Part shown: positions 59,150 through 64,000 of the stretch, one piece after another
Layout of the letters: every line of letters starts with the position of its first letter
How positions within the stretch are numbered: position 1 is the first letter of the stretch
DNA from: an uncultured Gemmatimonas sp.
Lineage (GTDB): Bacteria > Gemmatimonadota > Gemmatimonadetes > Gemmatimonadales > Gemmatimonadaceae
Length of the DNA: 64,000 nucleotides
Direction: 5' to 3'
Assembly: GCA_964355025.1 (NCBI GenBank)
Contig: CAYHCW010000001.1
Span: 8,488-72,487 of the forward strand
The notes under the pieces: generated by a model
What the model saw: the letters and a program-made list of their open reading frames with translations, nothing else
Told to the model about the DNA's origin: nothing
Database searches by the model: none
Position numbers and translations under genes: made by a program

Positions 59150-59260
59150 CGGCTGCGGCGCCGTGGGGCCAGCTTGGGCCCATGTGGGGATTGCCAGCGT
59201 AGGCATCCCTCCTGTCGTACGTCAAGAGGGTCTCGGTCAACATTATCAACATCGGGGTTG

Positions 59261-59297
59261 TTGACAGCGTCGCGGCGGCATGTTCCGATAGCTATCG
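59261..59297 (+). promoter_or_regulatory. Promoter TTGACA plus 12-bp palindromic operator CGATAGCTATCG
   Basis: TTGACA at 59261-59266. The perfect palindrome at 59286-59297 sits where the -10/start region should be. Further GATAG repeats at 59303-59311. 24 nt upstream of ATG 59321. Confidence 0.4.
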
Positions 59298-59320
59298 CGT
59301 GAGATAGATACGGAGCGGGA

Positions 59321-59500
59321 ATGGACGAAAAAATCGTGTCGCGGCGCCGACTTGGAGCGCCGTTGGTTGCCATTATCGTGCGAATGACCCGGGCGCAGCG
59401 GCGGGCGCTGGCGGCCCGTGCGCGACGGCGCCGCTTGACCGTCTCGGCGCACGTCCGGGACCTCGTGCAGAAGGACTTCGAGTCGGCAGCCGAGCGGTAG
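59321..59500 (+). CDS. 59-aa ribbon-helix-helix (CopG/Arc-like) protein (below the ORF-track cutoff)
   Basis: Read from the sequence: MDEKIVSRRRLGAPLVAIIVRMTRAQRRALAARARRRRLTVSAHVRDLVQKDFESAAER. Beta-strand then helix-helix pattern. GGAGCGGGA RBS. Confidence 0.5.
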   Translation: MDEKIVSRRRLGAPLVAIIVRMTRAQRRALAARARRRRLTVSAHVRDLVQKDFESAAER

Positions 59501-59509
59501 GCGGCGCGC

Positions 59510-61870
59510 ATGCAATCGCCGGTCGATTTGGTGCTGTCGCGTCTCACGTCGCCTCGGGTTGAAGGTCGGGGTTGGCTCGCGCTCTGCCCAGTGCACGGGG
59601 ACAAAAGCCCGAGCTTGCGTATCGACGTGGGCGACAACGGCAACGCGCTGGTCGTATGCCGCAGCGCGGGGTGCGCAGCGGCCGACATCGTGGACGCCCT
59701 CGGCCTGACGCTCGCAGACCTCTTCGTTCGGACGGGCGACGCGCCGCCGAGGCGCAACGGGAGCCACGTGCCAGCACGTGCCGTTTCGGCGCAGCCGATG
59801 AAGGCCAGTGGACCGGAGGCGCCGAAGCTCGAGGTCAAGGCGTGGACGTGGGACACGCCGGGGCCCATCGGGTGGCGCTTCGTGTGCGCCTACGATTACA
59901 CGGACGTCGCGGGTCGCCTGGTACTGCAAGCGGGCCGTTTCGAGTTCGACGGTAACGTGGACGGCGCCCGCGTGCACGCCAAGACGTTCCGGCAGCGTCG
60001 CCCCGACCCGAAGCGTTCGGGCCGGTGGATAGGTGAAGTCAAGAGCATCACCCATCCGCTCTACCACGCGCCCGCCGTCGCTGAGGCCGCCGAGCGCGAG
60101 CGTCGCATCTACATCGTCGAAGGGGAGAAGGACGCGGACAACCTCTGCGCGCTCGGTGCCGTCGCGACGTGCAACCCCATGGGCGCGGGCAAGTGGAAGC
60201 CCGAGCACACGGCCGCGCTCGACCGGGCCCACGTCGTCGTCATTCCCGACAACGACGCGCCCGGCCGCAAGCACGCCGACTCCGTTGTCTCGGCGCTCCT
60301 CAGTAATGCCGCGAGCTTGCGACGGCTGGACCTCACGGGCCTCGCGTCGAAGGGCGACGTCTCCGACTGGATCGCCGTCGGCGGAACGCTCGCGGCGCTC
60401 GACGCGCTGGCCGATGCCGCCGTGGACCTCCGCAACGTGCCGACGATACCGCCCGAGGTCGACGCGCCGCCGTGGGTCAACGACGCGCCGCCTCCGGATG
60501 CGCCGCCGCCCGAGTTCCGCGACGACGAGGCGCCGCAGGCGATGGTCTTCGCGCTCGCAGCGCCGAAGTTCGTGGTCTGGACCGAGGACGGATGGACGGA
60601 GTATTCGCCATCGACGGTCGTCAACGCGCTCGTCGAGCGCGGGTGGACCGTCGATCAGGTGAAGGCGCACAAGTCGCACTTCCCGACGGCGGGCGGCTTC
60701 GTGTTTCGACCGGGCACCTTGTCACGCGTCGTACGGGCGTCGAGCGGCCGCGTCATGCTCAATACGTACCGCGGACTCCCGTTCGGGCCACGCGAGGGCG
60801 ATTGGTCTCTTGTGCGCTCGCTTCTCCTGCACCTCGTGCACGGCGACGAAGCGGGCCTCGACTACGCGCTAGATTGGTTCGCGGCGCCGCTGCAAGCGCT
60901 CGTCGCCGGCAAGGGCACGGAGCGCTGCCGCTCGGCGCTCCTCCTTCACGGCGTGCCAGGCGCCGGCAAAGGCCTCCTGCTGGAGTTCCTCCGCATGCTC
61001 TACGGCGAGAGCTTCCTTTGTATCTCGCAGCATCAGCTCGACGACGCCTTCGACCCGAAGCGCATCACGCGCTCGCTCCTCGTCATCGGCGACGAGGTCA
61101 CGCCGGGGACGAATGACCGGAGCGACAAGGCGTTCCAGCGCTTGAAGCTCTGGGTTACCGAGGACTACGTCAGCGTCCGCAACATGCAGACGCAGGCCGA
61201 CGAAGCGGAGCTCTGGTGCAACCTCCTCTTCTTCTCGAACAAGGGGCGGCCGTTCAAGCTCGACGCGGGCGACCGGCGCTTCTCGGTCTGGTGGCAAGAG
61301 CGCAAGCTCGCCGACGACCTCATCGACCGGCTGCTCGAGTGCAAGGCGGCGCGGTGGCCCGTCATCCCGGCGTTCCTGCACCACTTGGTCAACGAGCGGA
61401 CCATCACGCGCAAGCTCTGGAAGCCCTACGAGAACGAGGACCGACGGCGATTGCTCGCGGGGTCCGAGGACGCGTCGTCGGCCTTCGCAAAAGCGCTCGC
61501 TGACGAGGGCTGGCTGCAACTCGGCCGCGCATGGCAGCTCGAGCAGCTCGCGAAGCTCAAGCGCGCGGGTCGCGACCTCCGGGTCGAGATGCACCGGGGC
61601 GGACTCGTGCTCGATTCGATGCTCTATGAGGCGTTCGGCCTCTGGCGCGCGGCGCACGGCTACGACACGCACGAGCGTGTGAGCGAAGCCGAGCTCTCAC
61701 GGGCGCTGCACAAGCGGATGCCGTACCTGCGGCGAACGGCGGGCAACCACGTGGGCGAACGGCGCGGGCGCGGCTTCTACGAGGTGCCGCTCGGGGCGGA
61801 GATGGGCGTGCGCGGGGTCGTGTCGTCGGAGACAAGGGACGAGGACGAGTTAGAGGAGGTGCGGTTTTGA
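59510..61870 (+). CDS. Primase-helicase (Zn-finger + Toprim primase + SF3/P4-type helicase)
   Basis: CPVHGDKSPSLRI..VCRSAGC zinc finger. Toprim IYIVEGEKDADNL..VVIPDNDAPGRKHA. Walker A LLHGVPGAGKG and Walker B LLVIGDEV. Confidence 0.8.
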   Translation: MQSPVDLVLSRLTSPRVEGRGWLALCPVHGDKSPSLRIDVGDNGNALVVCRSAGCAAADIVDALGLTLADLFVRTGDAPPRRNGSHVPARAVSAQPMKASGPEAPKLEVKAWTWDTPGPIGWRFVCAYDYTDVAGRLVLQAGRFEFDGNVDGARVHAKTFRQRRPDPKRSGRWIGEVKSITHPLYHAPAVAEAAERERRIYIVEGEKDADNLCALGAVATCNPMGAGKWKPEHTAALDRAHVVVIPDNDAPGRKHADSVVSALLSNAASLRRLDLTGLASKGDVSDWIAVGGTLAALDALADAAVDLRNVPTIPPEVDAPPWVNDAPPPDAPPPEFRDDEAPQAMVFALAAPKFVVWTEDGWTEYSPSTVVNALVERGWTVDQVKAHKSHFPTAGGFVFRPGTLSRVVRASSGRVMLNTYRGLPFGPREGDWSLVRSLLLHLVHGDEAGLDYALDWFAAPLQALVAGKGTERCRSALLLHGVPGAGKGLLLEFLRMLYGESFLCISQHQLDDAFDPKRITRSLLVIGDEVTPGTNDRSDKAFQRLKLWVTEDYVSVRNMQTQADEAELWCNLLFFSNKGRPFKLDAGDRRFSVWWQERKLADDLIDRLLECKAARWPVIPAFLHHLVNERTITRKLWKPYENEDRRRLLAGSEDASSAFAKALADEGWLQLGRAWQLEQLAKLKRAGRDLRVEMHRGGLVLDSMLYEAFGLWRAAHGYDTHERVSEAELSRALHKRMPYLRRTAGNHVGERRGRGFYEVPLGAEMGVRGVVSSETRDEDELEEVRF

Positions 61871-62181
61871 GCGAAACGACGCCGCGGTTGGAGTCGGCCC
61901 TGTTGTGCCCTCGTTGCAGCGACAACTACTTGCATCACGTCGAGGTGATTTGCGCCTTTCGGGATACGGAGGACGGCGGGCCGGGGAACATCACGAAGAG
62001 CCGATGTGGCGAAACGGTCGTGCTGCGCTCCACGGCGATACCGGGTCGACGGGACGTGCTGACCGTGGAGTTTTGCTGCGAGTCGTGCGAGGCGCGGCCC
62101 GTGCTCGGTATTTGGCAGCACAAGGGGCAAACGTTCGTGGAATGGCAGGGCGGCACCGACGTGCGTTTCGAGAAGATATGA
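61867..62181 (+). CDS. Hypothetical 104-aa Cys-containing protein
   Basis: TTGA overlap with the primase stop. CPRC .. CCESC. Confidence 0.35.
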   Translation: MSETTPRLESALLCPRCSDNYLHHVEVICAFRDTEDGGPGNITKSRCGETVVLRSTAIPGRRDVLTVEFCCESCEARPVLGIWQHKGQTFVEWQGGTDVRFEKI

Positions 62182-62193
62182 GCAACAAAGTTA

Positions 62194-62222
62194 TTGACAG
62201 CGCTACGCAACGCGCGCAGGAT
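62194..62222 (+). promoter_or_regulatory. Sigma70-like promoter TTGACA-N17-CAGGAT
   Basis: TTGACA at 62194-62199 lies inside the 15-mer TATTGACAGCGCTAC (62192-62206). CAGGAT at 62217-62222. GAGG RBS and ATG 62247 follow. Confidence 0.4.
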
Positions 62223-62246
62223 ACCGAATCAAGTGAGGCGAGCCCA

Positions 62247-62726
62247 ATGATTCACACCGCACCGGCCACGGCCAGAAACCTCGTTACCCTCGCAGCCCAC
62301 GCTGCGGGGATGCGCGGTGCCGATCTCATTGGCGTGGTGCGCACGGCGCGCGTGACGCTCGCACGGCACCTCGCGATGCTGCTCGTGCGCGAGGCCACGG
62401 CGATGAGCTACCCGTCCATCGGACGCTTGTTCGGATTTCGGGACCACGCGACGGTCATCGCCGGCATTCGGCGCGCGCGGTTCCTGCTTAGCGTGGCCGA
62501 CCCGACGGCGACTGCGCTCATGGCGAAGATGCGCGAGGCGACGGCGGACGTGCGCGCGATGCTGCCCGCCGAGGACGACGACCTCGACGCGTGGGAGCGA
62601 CGGCTGGCGGTGGCGCGAGATGCTCAGGCCGATGCGCTGGCGGCGTGGCGGAAGACGCGATGTCTCGTGCGACGCGCCGAGCGTGAGGTGTCCCGCCGTC
62701 GGGCGGCCGAGGTGGTGACGGCGTGA
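62247..62726 (+). CDS. DnaA domain IV-like DNA-binding protein
   Basis: RTARVTLARHLAMLLVREATAMSYPSIGRLFGFRDHATVIAGIRRA matches the DnaA C-terminal HTH (R..R..AM.L..E.T..S...IG..FG.RDH.TV). An alternative in-frame ATG at 62178 overlaps the upstream stop. Confidence 0.65.
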   Translation: MIHTAPATARNLVTLAAHAAGMRGADLIGVVRTARVTLARHLAMLLVREATAMSYPSIGRLFGFRDHATVIAGIRRARFLLSVADPTATALMAKMREATADVRAMLPAEDDDLDAWERRLAVARDAQADALAAWRKTRCLVRRAEREVSRRRAAEVVTA

Positions 62727-62932
62727 TGGACGGCACCTACCTCCGTGTGTGGACGAATCGTGACGGCGTTGAGGTGCAGCGCATGTGCGTCGTGCGCGGC
62801 GACGTGGTCACCGACCTCCGCAAGGCCAAGACCTACCCGCTCTCGCGCTGGGACGCCATGGCGGGACGGTGGGTGCACGTTTCGGACGATACGAAGCGAG
62901 CGTCGATGACGCTCGTCGGAAAGGCGCTATGA
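62723..62932 (+). CDS. Hypothetical 69-aa protein
   Basis: GTGA overlap with the upstream stop. No motif recognised. Confidence 0.35.
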   Translation: MMDGTYLRVWTNRDGVEVQRMCVVRGDVVTDLRKAKTYPLSRWDAMAGRWVHVSDDTKRASMTLVGKAL

Positions 62933-63144
62933 GCTACCTCGGTACGGCGATGGGCCTCTGTCTCGTTTACGACTTGGTCGAGCGCTGGCGCGTCTGGCGC
63001 GAACGACGCGCGGCCGAGGTGGAGCTCCGCGAGGCGGCGGCGCTGCTCGCGACGGAGCGCCGGTGCGGGCGGTCCGTGGACCTCGCAGTCGACCTCGTGG
63101 TCGACGCGCGCGACCGGATGGAGCGGGCCACGTGGCCGGTCTGA
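62929..63144 (+). CDS. Hypothetical 71-aa protein with hydrophobic N-terminus
   Basis: ATG 62929 (ATGA overlap). MSYLGTAMGLCLVYDLV.. Confidence 0.3.
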   Translation: MSYLGTAMGLCLVYDLVERWRVWRERRAAEVELREAAALLATERRCGRSVDLAVDLVVDARDRMERATWPV

Positions 63145-63344
63145 CGCTCGGCGAAGTGGACGCGCTGCCCGAGGGGATGCGGATGGCCGCGCTCACGAAG
63201 TGGCTCTACGAGCACGGGGCGCCGGCGCTCGGGCTCATGGTCGCCGCTGCGGAGCGTGACGCCGCCCTGTCGCGGCAGTGCTCCCGGTGCGACGACACGC
63301 GCATCAACCACGACTACGCCAATCGCCGGAGGCGTCCATGCTAA
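63132..63344 (+). CDS. Hypothetical 70-aa protein (N-terminus paralogous to the next gene)
   Basis: GTG 63132. GLTLGEVDALPEGMRMAALTKWL resembles MLTLADIDLLPPEMRIDKLGDWL of 63338..63874. Confidence 0.3.
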   Translation: MAGLTLGEVDALPEGMRMAALTKWLYEHGAPALGLMVAAAERDAALSRQCSRCDDTRINHDYANRRRRPC

Positions 63345-63874
63345 CGCTCGCGGACATCGACCTCCTGCCGCCCGAGATGCGCATCGACAAGCTGGGCGAC
63401 TGGCTCCGCGCGAAGCGCCTCACGGGCTGCGCAGATGCTCTTGATACCTTCGTCGGCGAGGTCGCGCTACTCCAAGCCACGCTTGACCGCGAGGTCGCCG
63501 ACGCGGAAGGGTGCCGCGAAGAAGCTCGCAGCGCCGAGCGGCGCGCGGACGACATCGGCGAAGGCCTCGACGCCATCGCGGAAGCGCTGGATAAGGCGCT
63601 GCCCACGCTGGCGCCCGACGGGGCGCTCGTCGACCTCCTCGCGACCATCACCAACAAGACCGCCGACGGCGGCCATGCCACGTGGCGACTGCGAGAGCGA
63701 CACGTGGCCGTCGGCGAGTTGGCGATGCGTGCGAGCCGGTGGGCCGTCGCGGTGGCGCAATTCAAGACGGCGCTTTGGAGCTTCGCGGCGGAGTCGAAGG
63801 AACGGACGGCCGTCGCAGCGAAGCTGGCCGAGGCCGAGGCAAAACTTTCAACGGGGCACGGGGTGGCGAAGTGA
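63338..63874 (+). CDS. Hypothetical 178-aa coiled-coil protein
   Basis: ATG 63338. Charged and helical in character. No motif recognised. Confidence 0.35.
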   Translation: MLTLADIDLLPPEMRIDKLGDWLRAKRLTGCADALDTFVGEVALLQATLDREVADAEGCREEARSAERRADDIGEGLDAIAEALDKALPTLAPDGALVDLLATITNKTADGGHATWRLRERHVAVGELAMRASRWAVAVAQFKTALWSFAAESKERTAVAAKLAEAEAKLSTGHGVAK

Positions 63875-64000
63875 AGCTCTATCTCAAGTTGGCGGACGGC
63901 TCATGGTCGCTTTTCGAGGGCGAGGGCCTGCCGGAAGCGCTCAAGGCGCGCGGGATCGTGATCGCTCCGGGGGCGCGCGTCGGCGACCGGGCGAGCGTCG
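63871..64000 (+). CDS. Hypothetical protein, 5' fragment (runs off the right edge)
   Basis: GTG 63871 (GTGA overlap). VKLYLKLADGSWSLFEGEGLPEALKARG.. Confidence 0.3.
   Translation, partial: MKLYLKLADGSWSLFEGEGLPEALKARGIVIAPGARVGDRASV

Larger units (their letters stand above)
1..64000. mobile_element. Tailed-phage genome segment (contractile-tail gene set) or prophage interior
   Basis: Contiguous terminase, portal, MuF, protease, scaffold, capsid, sheath, tube, tape measure, baseplate and lysis genes, plus primase-helicase and ThyX. Genes are densely packed with many ATGA/GTGA start-stop overlaps. No integrase or att site was seen, so free phage versus prophage cannot be decided. Confidence 0.85.

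Noticed and set aside
58893-59264. ORFs of 63 and 91 aa inside the iteron region.
   Set aside because: The translations are repeat-driven (VSVAVVSVSV) or Arg/Cys/His-rich junk. No RBS is present and the region is AT-rich and repeat-dense.
59246-60679. 477-aa minus-strand ORF.
   Set aside because: It is antisense to the primase-helicase, whose Zn-finger, Toprim and Walker motifs are unambiguous.
1-64000. Prophage boundaries, integrase, attL/attR, and host assignment.
   Set aside because: No tyrosine- or serine-recombinase-like ORF and no flanking host genes occur in the window. The MopE-type Cys motif and the high GC content are too weak to name a host.

Overview
This GC-rich 64-kb window (third codon positions almost all G/C) reads as most of a contractile-tailed phage genome or the interior of a prophage. 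All family calls come from motifs read by eye; no searches were run, and start codons were refined from RBS and start-stop overlaps. No rRNA, tRNA, CRISPR array, integrase or att site was recognised.

Layout:
(i) 1-2143 (+): end of an early/nucleotide block with an SbcC-like ATPase C-terminus, ThyX and a DUF3310-like protein.
(ii) 2124-42181 (-): a ~40-kb late block. In transcription order it holds a small beta-rich protein, portal, three giant ORFs (1101, 1358, 950 aa) that share a paralogous N-terminal module, and a MuF-like head protein. Next come a Zn-ribbon, an intrinsic terminator, prohead protease, scaffold, major capsid, an 812-aa fibre-like protein and neck proteins. The tail part holds sheath, tube, a chaperone with a +1-frame overlapping ORF, tape measure, a hub with an amidase domain, spike, a LysM-gp25 fusion, baseplate J and fibre genes. 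It ends with an amidase endolysin and small membrane (holin/spanin-like) proteins.
(iii) 42548-48464 (+): a 12-gene island that separates portal from terminase. It forms two units, each fronted by the same 17-bp palindrome. It encodes a Tag-like protein, Cys-rich proteins, HTH/Myb-like proteins and a RecA-like protein without a Walker A motif.
(iv) 48542-58829 (-): an operon of about 20 mostly small genes ending in an HTH (small terminase candidate), large terminase and a Zn-ribbon.
(v) 58871-59300: an AT-rich, iteron-dense region, a candidate origin.
(vi) 59321-64000 (+): RHH protein, primase-helicase, a DnaA-domain-IV protein and small ORFs.

The most unusual items are the giant-protein trio with its reiterated N-terminal module, the palindrome-controlled island with a degenerate RecA, the iteron region, and a promoter-then-terminator pair inside the head module.
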